From Gracilinanus agilis (lineage: Eukaryota), in the NCBI RefSeq assembly GCF_016433145.1, contig NC_058133.1:188792069-188856068 (forward strand): a stretch of 64,000 nucleotides of DNA. Direction: 5' to 3'. The notes below the pieces were generated by a model. It saw only the letters and a list, made by a program, of their open reading frames with translations, ran no database searches and was not told where the DNA came from. Numbering within the stretch: position 1 is the stretch's first letter; every line of letters begins with the position of its first letter. The position numbers and the translations under genes were made by a program. Positions 13,007 through 24,823 of the stretch are shown piece after piece.

Positions 13007-14691
13007 GGGGAAGGGTCCTGGCAGGGGGGGAAAAGATTGAGGGAGAGAGAAGGGTTTGGGGGACCTTGGGATGGAGAGGTCAGTAAGTCGTATTCTTTTG
13101 GGTTACTACTGATTATCTCTAACTTCTTCTTTCTTTGGCTCTCCCAAATACACTGTCCTTCCAAGGGTCAGGGATGGCGTGATGACCTTTCTCCAGGCTA
13201 GTTTATTTCCTCTTGGTCATGGCTGCCTCCCCTCCCTTCCTTTTCCCCCAGAAGGTTAGGAAGTGACCACTTGGATGTATGGGCCCAACCAGGGGCCCAG
13301 CTGCTTCTTTCCCTCCCCTTCTCTTGTTGCCCCGGGCTTTCTGCCCTGCTTGTGCCAAGTTAACTTCTACCCTGCTCCCACCCTGCCTGCCCTATTGTGT
13401 ATGAGTTGGTCTCTGCTTACTCTTCCCCAGTCCTACCCCTAGCTTCCCCCAAAGAAACTGAAAGGCCAGCTCAGGGTGGGGGTAAGGGAGGCAGTCCCCA
13501 TGAGTAGCATTTGTCCCATCTCAGCTGTGCTCCAGATTTCCACTCCATTCCATCAAGCCCCGAGCTGACTGCTCTCTGGAGTGATATACAGGGTGTCACA
13601 GAAGTCTCAGTGCCATTTTAAGGCTTAGCACCTTCAGGCAACACTGGGGATTTCTGGGATACCTTGTGTAAATAGAAGCTACCTTAGTGGTTAAGCCCCA
13701 TCAGTGTGCCCTCCTCATACTCCTGACTTTATAAGCACAAGTGAGCCTTTCCAAACACAGGGCTCTTCCGCAGTCTTAACCTAGTTTGTGTCTTACACCC
13801 TAGGAAGGGACTGGACTGTCCTCACCCCCTTAGGTACTGAGGGAGCCTGGCAGGAGTCCCTCTGACCTCCCCTCTTCCACTGAGTTCCTTAGATCTGTTC
13901 TCAGTGCCTTAACATCTGAAAGGTCTTGTGCTCATGGGGAGTATAACTGCTTCTTCACCCAGGTTCTCACCCCCAATACTCCCCAGTGCCTTGTTCTGAT
14001 GGAGCTGGGGTCTCCAGTCCCACTGTGCTGCCAAAAATCTGTGTCCAAGGGGGTGAGGATCCAGACAGCCCAAAGGCTCTGAGGCTCCTGAGAAAGAGAT
14101 GGCCCCACCCTTTTACCAGCCTATCTTTATCTGTCAGTTTCTGGTTGGGGAGATCCTTTTTTTCAGCCTTGCAGATAACTGTGGAATTTACTAGCCCAGG
14201 CTCTTTTAGAGACAATTGTGTCCATTTCCAAACTCTGGGACCAAAGGAAAATTTGAAGCACATTCCATCTTGAGTCCTTATAAGGCCCCAACTGACTTCC
14301 ACCCCTACAGTGGGAGGCAAGTTTCTTAGAGGTGGCCCTGGATTTCTTGTTTACATTGGGGATTGGTTGGGGAGGGGGGAGGGAAGAGAACGGGAGGCAG
14401 ATTTGGGCACCTGCCAGTGGGTTCCTGAACTGGAGGCCAAATGTCAGGATTTTGAAGCTGAGGACTGTTGCCCTTCTCTTCTCCCATCTCTAAATTTTGA
14501 ATTGGGGGATGAGAAGCTGGTGGCTCGCTGTCCTGGCCACTGCCAAATGACCAGTGTGGGGGAAAAGGGTAGACATATCCTATCTCTCCTTCATTTTCTA
14601 AGCAAGGCTTAAAGTGAAATGTGATTTTTGCTTGTGTGTTTGTCTCCCCCCCCTCCTTCCCCACTGCCGAAGCTGCCTTTGTGTTTGTGTC

Positions 14692-14697
14692 AATAAA
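14692..14697 (+). terminator. VAT1: VAT1 polyadenylation signal AATAAA (3'UTR about 1.7 kb)
   Basis: AATAAA lies after the stop at 13006 and is followed by a GT-rich downstream element (TTGTGTGGGTTTTGGG). Confidence 0.75.
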
Positions 14698-14874
14698 GCG
14701 CTGTCCCTATCACTGGGCTCCACTGCATCTTGTGTGGGTTTTGGGTGGAGGACGGAAGATAAATGACACTATGGAGAAAGCTTCAGATGGGTGCAAATAG
14801 GCCCAAGGTTTCTTGACCCCCTAGCCTAGCCCAGCCCTCCGTTTTTCTCCTACTCAATCATACAGTCAAAAGCA

Positions 14875-14880
14875 TTTATT
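14875..14880 (-). terminator. IFI35: Probable IFI35 polyadenylation signal AATAAA inside an L2 3'-end remnant
   Basis: Plus strand CATTTATTAAGCACCTGCTCTGTGCCAGG is the antisense of an L2/MIR-type 3' end, about 240 nt after the IFI35 stop. An alternative ATTAAA is at 14994-14999. Confidence 0.55.
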
Positions 14881-15121
14881 AAGCACCTGCTCTGTGCCAG
14901 GTATAAAATCCCTCTCTCTACTCCCCAGTCAGGTTGGAGTGAAATGCTATAAAAAAAATCCATGATAGTGATGGCAGTACATGCTTTCCTTGCTTTAATG
15001 TCTTAAAGGGGAGATGGCTAGAGAGAAGGGAATGAAACCTGCCTACCACCCTTTAAGTACAGATAACAAAATCTGGGACAATGATGCAAAGAGAAGCATC
15101 TAGGGAGGGTTGTGCAGCTGA

Positions 15122-18100
15122 TTAAGCTCTCTCCTGGGTGAAAAGGGCCAGACTCTGTTTCCTAGGGTCTACATATATCAACGATTCTACCTCACCCCCA
15201 CCTTCAGATGGCTTTTGGAAATGGATTTCAAGTACGTCCTGGAATTCTGGGCCATCGAGAATGTCTGGGATATTAGGTACCAGCACTGAGTTGGGGACTG
15301 GGCAGTGACTTATCTGGAAAATATGTACAACAGATAATTAGGAGTGGTTGGGGGTGACTGGGCACTGCCGCCCTCCCCCAGCACTAAAACAGAGAGATAG
15401 ATCCCTAGGCCACCCTCAAAAATGTCCCATTCTCTGGCCACCTGTCTCCACCATCTTACCTCCATTTCCTGGATCTTGCCATCAACATAGGGGAAAACTC
15501 TCAAAGAAACTTTTTTACTGCCCAGGGGCACCCTGAAGCAACGGGTCTGGATCAGGTTCTCAATCACTGGGTAGGGGGGCAAGCAACAGGTAATGTGAAG
15601 GGGAGGCTCCTTAGCTCCAAGATCCCCAAATCCATACTTCCCTAAGGTATACAGTGATGGCCCAGACCTCTCCTATTACCTTTGTCATCAACAAAGCCCA
15701 GAACAGCAGCCCCTGGAAGCAGCTCTCGAGTTGTCACCTCCCCACCTCCATTGGAGGGCTTGCCAAAGAAAAGTTCCAGCTTGTCCAATAGGATATCTTC
15801 ACTCAAATCGAGGTCAGTGGGCAGCCCAACCACCAGCACTTTCTGGTTGCATAACCAAGTGAGCACCTGGGAACAGGACAGCAGAGAATGGGGTCATTGA
15901 TCCTATTTGTGTCTTAGAACCCACCGACCCCAAGCTCTTAGAACCTTGATGGTAGGGCAGCTAGGTGGCACAGTGGGCCTTGGGTTCAAATCTGGCCTTA
16001 ACCTTGTGTGACCTGGGACAAGCCATTTAACCTAGCTCTTGCTCTTCTGTCAGAGTTGTTGCTAAGACAGAAAGTAAAGGTTTTAAAAAAAAAAAAAAAC
16101 CTTGATGGAGGTTGGAACGGGCAACTCCACAGGCTGGATGAGGACAGGAAGCCGGCAATCCTCCAAGAAGATAACATGTTCTTGGTCCTGGAGGAGATCA
16201 GCTGCCACTGAAGAGCAGTCAAAGAAGGACAGAATCAGAGCTTGTAAAATAACCCCCTGACCCTCACCAACCCAAGACCTCTCCTGTGTTCCTCATTTTC
16301 ACCTTTAGGGTCCTCAAAGCTGACCAAAGCTGAACTCCCAGGCAGCGGATAATGGACCTGGAGATCAGAAATCACGGTCTCATGCGCTTCCTCTCCCTCC
16401 TTGATCAGTCCTCGGAACACCAGGACTGCCTGAGGCACTGGAAAGGGAACCTGAAGATGAGAAGGGGGTAGAGACAGACACAAGGGAGTCTAGACCTGGC
16501 TACTTCGCCAGGCACCTCCAAGAGGCCTCATCCCAGGCAGCTGAAGTTCAAGAGTTCCAACTATGTATAAATCCCAGTGCAGCTTGGGTCCATGTTTTCC
16601 CAAAAGTTCCCCATTGTGGATCTACCCAGTGTAGACTTCCTTGCTTGCTCCTAACACCAGAGGGTACTGGTGGGGTACTACTGGTGGGGAATCATGGTGC
16701 CCCTCTTTTGTCACATAGCCATATCATCTTCTCTTCCTAGCACATATATGCTAGGAAGAGAATATATATATATATAAAAACCCTTTACCTTCCATCCACA
16801 TCAATACCGTATATTGGTTCTAAGGCAGAAGAGTGGTAAGGGCTAGGCAATGGGGGTTAAGTGACTTGCCCAGGGTCACACAGCTGGGAAATGTCTGAGG
16901 TCACATTTGAATCCAGGACATCTCTTCTTTAAGCCCAGCTCTATCCACTGTGTTACCTAGCTGCCCCCATCATATATGTATTGATGACTTCCTTTTCTCC
17001 TGTTCTTCAGAGCTCCCTACTTGTTCTGTTGCACCTACTCCCAAGGGCCTCTCCATCATGATGCTCACCTTTAGTTTTCTAGAAGCACTGGTGTGCTGTC
17101 TTATTGACACAGGGAAACACCAATAAGGTGTTAGTATTGAAAAGGCCTGAGGGGTAGCTAAGTGGCACAGTGGTTAGAGTATTAGGTCTTGGAACCTATA
17201 CATACTATTGATTCCAAGGTGGAAGGTAAGGGTTTAAACTCATATACATTATAATTATATTTTGGAGGGGAGGTGAGATACAGGAAGAAAGAAATATATC
17301 AATTTTGTATGTGTGTTTATATATATAATTTTTTTGAAGAAATGTTACCAAGGTCACAAAGCTAGTAAGTAAAACTCATACTTGATGGTCTGATTATAAG
17401 ACTTCCAGTCTACTGCATAAGGATGGAAGAGCTTCCACTGAGGCACAGAATTTCAGGGTCAGAAGGGCCCTCAGGAACCATTTAGACGAGCATTGGCAAA
17501 GATGTGGCATGTGTGCCCCGGCATGCCGGAGAGGGCTGCTCCTTTCCCCATCTCCACCACACCATTTTTCACATGCCCCATCCCTCTGCTCAGCAGCCCC
17601 TCTTCCCTTCCCCCTCCCAGAGCCAACAAGCAATTGCAAATGTTCACTTGATACCTATTTCCTTATTATTCAATAAATATTGATTCTAAGATAGAAGGTA
17701 ATGGTTTAGAGAGAGAGAGAGATGGAGGAGAGACAGAGACAGAGAGGGAAAAGGAGAGAGAACGAATGAGAGAAGAGACCACTCTAGAAATGACCAATGA
17801 AAAGACAAAGAGAAAAGTAGGATAATGTGGACCTGAACCTCTCAGTATCATGGAGCCCTTGGGTGGTTTAGTAAAGTCTAGAGACTTCTCAGAATAATAT
17901 TCCTAAATGCATAAAATAAAATACATAGAACTACAAAGGGTATCAATTAAGTTAAAATCCAGGGATTGAAATATAAAAAACTCATGAACCTCGGATTAAT
18001 GAACCCTCAATATAAGACTGATAAGTTGATCAGTTGGCTACAACATAGAGAAGGTGATATAGTGTGTTCTGTCAAGTAAAGCTAGAGCAGGAGGTTGGAT

Positions 18101-21100
18101 CCAGACTGTAGAAGGCCTTGAATGCCAGGAGATCATAGAACTAGTGTGGAGTCAGGCCTGAAAATGGGAGGTCCTTGGTTCAAATCTGGCCTTAGACACT
18201 TCCTAGCTGTGTGATCCCGACCGACCAAGTCGCTTAACCCCCATTGTCTAGACTTTACCCTTCTGTCTTAAAATTGATAGTTAGAGGGCAGCTGGGTGGC
18301 TCAGTGAATTGAGAGGCACGCCTAGAGACAGAAGGTCCTGAGTTCAAATCCAACCTCAGACATGTCCTAGCTGTATGACCCTGGACAAGTTACTTAACCC
18401 CCATTGCCTAGTCCTTACCACTCTTCTGCCTTAGAACCTATACTTAGTATCAATTCTAAGATGGAAGAAAGAAAGAAAGAAGGTGGATGAGAGATTTTAC
18501 AGACATAGACCCGACAAGCTTGGGCCCCTGACTGAATATGAGGGAGAGCAAAAAAGTCTCCTTCTCCCTCTCCCCCCCCCCCCCCACCTGCTGTCTGTTC
18601 CTGCCCTTACCTCCTCCTTATTTGGGACATTTTGTTCTGTCTGGAGTCGCTGTAGCTCTTCCTTTCTCAGTTTCAGTCTTTTCTGTTCTTCTTTCAGGTA
18701 GCAGAGCTTCTGTTCAGGTAGAGGGGGGAGGGGGAGAAGTAATGATGAAATAACTACTTGTTTCCCTTCCTCCCTCCCTCCTTTATTCCCTCCCTCTCTC
18801 CCTTCCTTTTTCCCCTTCTTCCCTTTTTTCTTTCTTCTTCCCATCTTCCCTCCAGCCTCTCTCAAACAAACAAAAGAAAAAAGCAAATAATACTTGTCTT
18901 TCCAAAGAATGTACCTATCCAAGGAAAGGAGACTCTCATTCTGGTTGGTCCCACCTGAAACACAATCTCCTCCATCTTCCTGGAGAGGGCCCTGCTTCTC
19001 ACTGTGACTTACGTGAAGCTTTTTTCTCCATAGTTCCTTCTCCTGTGGTCCAGGAATCTCTGCACTTGAAACATTCTCACATGTCAGTTGATCCTTGTCA
19101 ATCAAGAAACAAGTAGGTATTAAGAGCCTAAAACCACTAAACACCCCATAAGGTACTCTGTAGGACTTAGGCAATACATAAAGAATGGTCCTGGGGCAGC
19201 TGGGTAGCTAAGTAGAAAGCAATCCAGGTCTGAAGATTGGAGGTCCTGCATTCAAATGTGCTCAAGACACTTCCTAGCTATGTGACCACAGCTAGGCAAG
19301 TCATTTGACCCTAATTGCCTAGCTCTTACTGCTTTTCTGCCTTGGAATCTCTACTTACTATCAATTCTAAGACAGAAGTTATGGGTTTGTTTGTTTGTTT
19401 TTTTAAAAACCCTTACCTTCGGTCTTGAAGTCAATACTGTGTATTGGCTCTAAGGCAGAAGAGTGGTAAGGGTAGGCAATGGGGGTCAAGTGACTTGCCC
19501 AGGGTCACACAGCTGGGAAGTGTCTGAAGTCAGATTTGAACCTAGGACCTCCTGTCTCTAGGCCTGGCTCTCATCCACTGAGCTACCCAGCTGCCCCCTT
19601 AAGGGTTTTTTAAAAAATGATCCCTCGAGAAGTTTATGATCTGGTGATTTCATGCCATGTTAAAATTTACACAGAGATTTGTCACAGTCAGAGCTGGAAT
19701 GGACCTCCAAGATAGTGTGCCATAGTTGACAGATTACTGGGCATGGAATTCTGAAGACACAGGTTTGAATCCTGCCTGTGACCCTGGGAATGTCACTTAA
19801 GCTCTCTGAGACTCTTGATTTCTCATTTGTAAAATAAAGAGATTGGACCTGGCTTCCCAATGTCCCTTCCAGCCTTAAATCTATGAGCTTGTGATCTAGA
19901 CATCACCCCTCCATTTTGTAGATGAGGAAAATGAGGACCAAAGACGATAACTGTCTTGCCCCTTTACCCAAGTAGTAAGTTGGAAATAGTATTGGTTGAA
20001 TTGGTCCAACTATTTTGGCTTAGTGATATAAACTAGGTGCAAAAAATTATATAAACCATATCTACTTGTTGACCCAGGAATACTTCTGCCAGGTCTATGC
20101 CCTAAGGAGATGGGGAAAAAAAGGAGAAAAGACCTATGTATATGGGGGGGGGGGCATAGTCAGAGTAAACAGCTATATGTCAACTAAGGGTGAAGCTCTG
20201 AACCAAGGAAGCTCTTATCCACCAGAGCTTACTCGATTCCAGAACTTTGTGTGTCTTCATTTTCGCCTTATGTTATCTTTCCATTATTCCTTAACTCGTA
20301 ACTCTCAGTCCCTGGTTCCCCTTTCTGATTGTCCTACCCATGTAGAACCCCAAAGTTATGACATAGAAACTAAGCAACCACAAGAAACACAAGCTAGGGA
20401 CTCCCCGATCAGGATGGCTCCAGGAAACCTAAAGTTACTAACAGGTCAGGATGTCTTAGAGAAATCCATGGTCACTAACAATAGGGTGTTATTAGGCTCC
20501 CAAATGTAGCATAAAGACCCTACTTGCTTGGGGAGACAGCCAAAAACCACTAACTACAAAGGCTACTTCAAGAACTACAGGGCACCCCTGAGTCTGCCAA
20601 TACCCCCACCTTTCCCGCCACCCCAAATATATATAATCTTTACTCTGACTATGCCCCCCTCCCCCCCGAACTCCTTTGCTGAGCTCCCCTAGCATGCACT
20701 AGAAATAAAGACTTCCCTTTGCTTGGATTCCATTGTGTGCTCCTTGGGTGGCGATCCATTCGGACCCTAACACCCCCTAGGAATCTTTTGGAGCAGCTGA
20801 ACAGCTTCAATAATCATAGGAAAAAATGTTCTAAATCCCTCCTGATAAGAGAAATGCAAATCAAAACAACTCTGAAACACTAAAACAACCTCACACTTAT
20901 CAGATTGGCTAATATGACAGGAAAGGAAAATAATAAATGTGGGAGAGGATATGGCAAAATTGGGGACTGGGACATCCTTGGTGGATTTGTAAACGGATCC
21001 AACCATTGTGGAAGACAATTTGGAATTATGTCCAAAGGGCTAGAAAAGAATGCACACCTTTGAACCAGCAATACCACTACTAGGTCTGTATCCCGAAGAG

Positions 21101-23675
21101 ATTTAAAAAAAAAAAAAAGGGAAAGGACCTACTTTAACAAAAATATTTTAGCAGCTTTTTTTGTGGTGGCAAAGAATTGGAAATTGAGGGGATGTCCGTC
21201 GATTGGGGAATAGCTGAACAAATTGTGATACATGTTGATGACAGAATACTATTGTGCTGTACGGAATGATGAACAGAATGATTTCAGAAAGAACTGGAAA
21301 GACCTACATGAACTGATGCAGAGTGAAATAAGCAGAACCTGGAGAACATTGAACACAATTAACAGCAATATTGTGGAATGATCAACTATAATAGACTTAG
21401 CTACTATCAGCAACACAGGGATCCAGACCAATTCTGAGAGACTATAACAAATATTTTATTACATTTTGTTAAATATTTCCCAATTGCATTTTAACCTGGA
21501 TCAGGCTGAACTTTAGAGTTGTGAGCTTTCAGGCAGCTTGTTTGATACCTCTGTTTTAAACAAATATTTATCTAGCAGATACTTTCGAAATCATCTATAC
21601 TGCTCCTCATTTTGTCAGCTTATTTTAATTTTATTTTTACCAATTACATGTAATAACAAATTTCCAGACAAATTTTTCCAAGTTATATGGCTGTTTTCTC
21701 CCTCCCTCCTTTCCCTTTCCCTTCCCCATCCCGGTGTGGCAGGCAATTCATTCTGGGTTATATATATATGTTATCACGCAAAACACATTTCCATAGTGTT
21801 CATTTCTGTAAGAGGAAAACCTTTTAAAAACCAAAACTCCAAATCATAAACCCAAATAAACAAGCAAAAAATCATATAAGTCTGAGGGACAAAGAATGTT
21901 ATCCACCTCCAGAGTGGAAATGCAGAGCAAAGCATATGATTTTTTTTTTAATGGAGTTTTTATTTAGAGGTTTTGGTTTTATATGATTATTCTCTTACAA
22001 AAATGATCCATATGGAAATGTTTCACATGGTAATACATGGACACCTGTTTTACTCCTGCCCTTTGAGAAACCCCAATACCAGGCACACAAGTTTGGGGTT
22101 AGACTGTTAATTTAGAAAAAACACAGAACTATTAAATAGTCATAAAGCCACTCTTTAATCAAGGGAAAGGGGGAACAGGGCTACTTGACCTCTTTGGCAG
22201 AGCTGCGCCTGGTGCAGAGTCCAAGAATTGAACACTGCTTCACTCTGATCCCCAACCCCCCTGGGAGTGACACCCCGCTAGATGAAGACTCCAAGGAACA
22301 AAGGAAATTGGGGAACTTATATACTATTTGGGAAGATTCAGGGGCTGGGAGAGATGATCGACCTTATACTGACAGGATACAATCAAGCTAGAGAAAGGAA
22401 TCATAGCTAGAGGCCAGGGTGTAAGGGAAGGGGCTGCTTACTCAATGGATACTAAAGGATGGTCCCTGCCCAGGTGTGTCTTCCTGGGAAGGGTCTCAGA
22501 TACTATGGACAAGACTACCTAAGATAAAAGGAAAAGGGTATTTAGCATTTACCCTGGGGTCCATAATTCAGTCTGCAACTGCTAGCCCAAGATTCCCTTC
22601 AGGGTGGATTCTCAGGGGAACAGGGAACAAGCACAAGCTTTGGGGGTCTCCAACCTACAAGCTATTTCTAAACCTGGGGTTCATCATACCTCACTAAGCC
22701 ACAAGTTTGGGGTCTCTAGATTCCATGTACATATACAGAACTATAGACTTTAAACTGTTTGGGAGTCCTAGTGTGGGTTGCCTGCCTTTGTTTTGGAAGC
22801 TTCTCCCATAGTATTACAGTCCTCTCAGGAAGCCCAGCTCTTAGTTTGACCCTTTCCTTTGTAATTGTTATAGTTGACCCCTCCAAGGTGCCCTGGAGGC
22901 TGGCTGCAGACCTCTTTGCAGCCTGCAAGCAGTTTTGTCTATGTCTCCAGAGGGTATAAAAGACTCCCAAGTTCTGGCCCTCTTAGGAGGTGCCTTCTCC
23001 CAGGGATCGGTCCCCAGAGTCCCCAGGGTGTAGGCCCTGTGTGGTGGCCCAGTATCGGACCTGTCCCTATCCTGATTAAAGACTTGGTTTTTCTGACTAA
23101 TAGTTCGTGTTTTTTCCAAGTTAACAATGTATATGACTCTTGATCAAATGATTTACCAGCTCAGGAAGTGGGGAGGGAAGGAGGAGGACCATTTGGATCC
23201 TATCACTAAAGAAAACATGTGAAATTTTGTTATTACGACTAGTGGATAAAATATCTTACAAAAATGTTTTTAACCAGTTAGTTTTAGGAAAGAACAGCTG
23301 GGACAGGAGAATAGAACTCTATGTGGATTATCCTGAAATAGTCCTTGTCCTTGGATTCCCCACCTCAGCCCAGCCCCAGCCTACAGTGTGGGTAAGGCAG
23401 ACACCTTCAGAGTCTGAGAATGGGAGTGAGTGTTCCCCAGGCCAACTGCAAGAGCTTCATCTGTTTTCTCTTTCCTTTTGGAGGAAACCAAAGTGGGGTG
23501 ATGGTAGAAAACAGCAGCCCGGTTTCTGATCTCAGACACCACATGACCCCTTTCCACTCCCTCAACCCCTAATCCTGATAGGCTGGGGGTGGTGGGCGTC
23601 CCTGGGATGACAATCTCCCTCTCCACCACTTACCTGGCTCTGGTCGTCTACGGGAAAATTGAATTTCTCGGCCAT
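15122..23675 (-). CDS. IFI35: Interferon-induced protein 35 (NID-domain protein), predicted 320 aa; complement join(15122..15313,15460..15566,15680..15866,16101..16207,16303..16450,18611..18709,19013..19093,23634..23675)
   Basis: Exons translate to KLCYLKEEQKRLKLR, VPFPVPQAVLVFRG...SALVSFEDPK, LLDKLELFFGKPSNGGGEV, FRVPLG...LRVFPYVDGKIQ and NIPDILDGPEFQDVLEIHFQKPSEGGGEVE. Sizes 99/148/107/187/107/192 match human IFI35 as recalled. The two 5'-most exons (42 and 81 nt) are predicted from splice signals and frame only. Confidence 0.9.
15955..16099 (+). mobile_element. Shortened SINE inserted at an IFI35 exon/intron junction; TSD AACCTTGATGG
   Basis: SINE head GGGCAGCTAGGTGGC at 15955, A15 tail at 16085-16099, direct repeats at 15942-15952 and 16098-16108. 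Confidence 0.85.
19013..19093 (-). CDS. IFI35: Predicted extra 81-nt phase 0-0 IFI35 exon (DQLTCENVSSAEIPGPQEKELWRKKLH)
   Basis: Acceptor TTTCTTGATTGACAAG|GAT and donor CAC|GTAAGT; open and in frame with the 99-nt exon. Confidence 0.6.
20178..20772 (+). mobile_element. Probable solo ERV LTR in IFI35 intron 1
   Basis: TG...CA ends, CCAAT near 20597, TATATATAA at 20628-20636, AATAAA at 20704-20709. No TSD was resolved, so the 5' boundary is uncertain. Confidence 0.55.
20808..21430 (+). mobile_element. Decayed LINE-1 fragment (ORF2 C-terminus and start of 3'UTR)
   Basis: Encodes TFEPAIPLLGLYPEEI, resembling the L1 ORF2p PFDPAIPLLGIYP motif. Also contains the typical GAAATGCAAATCAAAACAAC segment. 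Confidence 0.85.
22046..23126 (+). mobile_element. Probable solo LTR (outer element) interrupted by a second LTR
   Basis: TATAAAA at 22955-22961, ATTAAA at 23075-23080, and the 3' end CTGACTAATAGTTCGTGTTTTTTCCAAGTTAACA shared with the neighbouring LTRs. The 5' boundary is tentative. Confidence 0.55.
22105..22731 (-). mobile_element. Solo LTR, same family as 25044-25681 in inverted orientation
   Basis: The reverse complement aligns along its length with 25044-25681 (e.g. GGAATCTAGAGACCCCAAACTTGTGGC, GCTAGCAGTTGCAGACTGAA, CCCAGGAAGACACACCTGGGCAGGGACCATCCTTTA). Flanks TAGAC/TATAC may be a 5-bp TSD. Confidence 0.8.
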
Positions 23676-23820
23676 GTCCTGACTTGGGGCAGTGCCAAGG
23701 CCCAGGGGCCCACCTGGAGGTGAGGATTCTGGGAAGGGGCTGCCCAGGATGACTCCCTGGATCACAATACTCTCAGAAAATGCTCTCTGCAGGATGCCGG
23801 CTTCTTCCCAAGGGTGCTTC

Positions 23821-23838
23821 CACTTTCGTTTCCCAGAA
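23821..23838 (-). promoter_or_regulatory. IFI35: Overlapping ISRE (GGAAACGAAAGTG) and GAS (TTCCCAGAA) in the IFI35 promoter
   Basis: ISRE at 23821-23833 and GAS at 23830-23838, about 150 nt upstream of the predicted ATG (23675). IFI35 is an established interferon-induced gene. Confidence 0.75.
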
Positions 23839-24429
23839 ATACCCGCCTCGACGTGGCCACGCCTCCCTCGGGGCTGGTTTCCCTGTCCTGGGAGGGGGCC
23901 GGTCCGGGCCCTGGCCCAGCCCCTGGAAGGAGCCAGATACCCCATGCCCTGGCACCTCAGAGCTGTGACTGTCTCCCCTTCCTTGGCTAGGAGACCCTGC
24001 CTCACCCAGGACTGGGAATCCCCTCTCCCACCATTGCAACTTCGCTCAATTCCATAAGAAATAAGAAGTGCCTCTTAAGCAGGCTGTCAACAAGCATTTC
24101 CTGAGGCAGCCTTGGAGACCCCAGGTCATGGGTTTAAATTTGACTTCAGACCAGCTGTGTGACTCTGAGCAAGTCACTTAACCCCTATTTCCTAGCCCTT
24201 ACTACTCTTCTGCCTTGGAACTGATATTTGTATCCATTTTAAGACAAAAGGTAAGGGTTTAAAAAATAAAACAAGCATTTGCTGAGTGTTTACACTGAAC
24301 AGGCCATTGTGCTAAGCACTGGGAATACAGAGAACAGCATGTTCTAACAGAGACACGATCCTTCTTTAAAAACAATTTTTTTAACCCTTACTTTTGTCTT
24401 CATATCAATTAAGACAGAAGAGTGGCAAG

Positions 24430-24823
24430 TGACATGGGCATTGTGCAGAGATGGCAGGGACCTTGTACTCCTAAACTCAGGCTGGCTGTGAACAGGGAAA
24501 TTCCCTTCCCCCTCCCCGTCCTGGTGACTCCCCAGGCAGACCCCCACCCACCCAGTGCCAAGAGTGCTAGAAGTCACATACACATGCTCATGGTTGTAAA
24601 GAATATCTAGGCAACTGCTAGAGTTGTTCCACTCATGCTGCCCTGCCGTGTCTTGGGAGCAAGCCCTGCCCCCTCAGGGTTACTCCACTCATGCTTGTCT
24701 TGCTGGCCATTGATCCTATCTTACTAATAAATCTTTCTTTTTACTTTTAAGCTAAGTTTGGAGTCCTCTCATTCTTGAGAAAGGTTTCCTTCCCGAACCC
24801 AGGGGCTCCCCATCTCCATAACA
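24430..24823 (+). mobile_element. 394-bp solo LTR inserted into an antisense SINE
   Basis: TG...CA ends, AATAAA at 24726-24731, 5-bp TSD GCAAG/GTAAG. The SINE halves (about 24380-24429 and 24824-24940) rejoin at AGAAGAGTGGTAAGGGCTAGGC. Confidence 0.75.

Noticed and set aside
18497-19174. 225-aa ORF as one continuous coding exon
   Set aside because: It is two IFI35 exons joined by an in-frame, purine-rich low-complexity intron; splice sites delimit 19013-19093 and 18611-18709.
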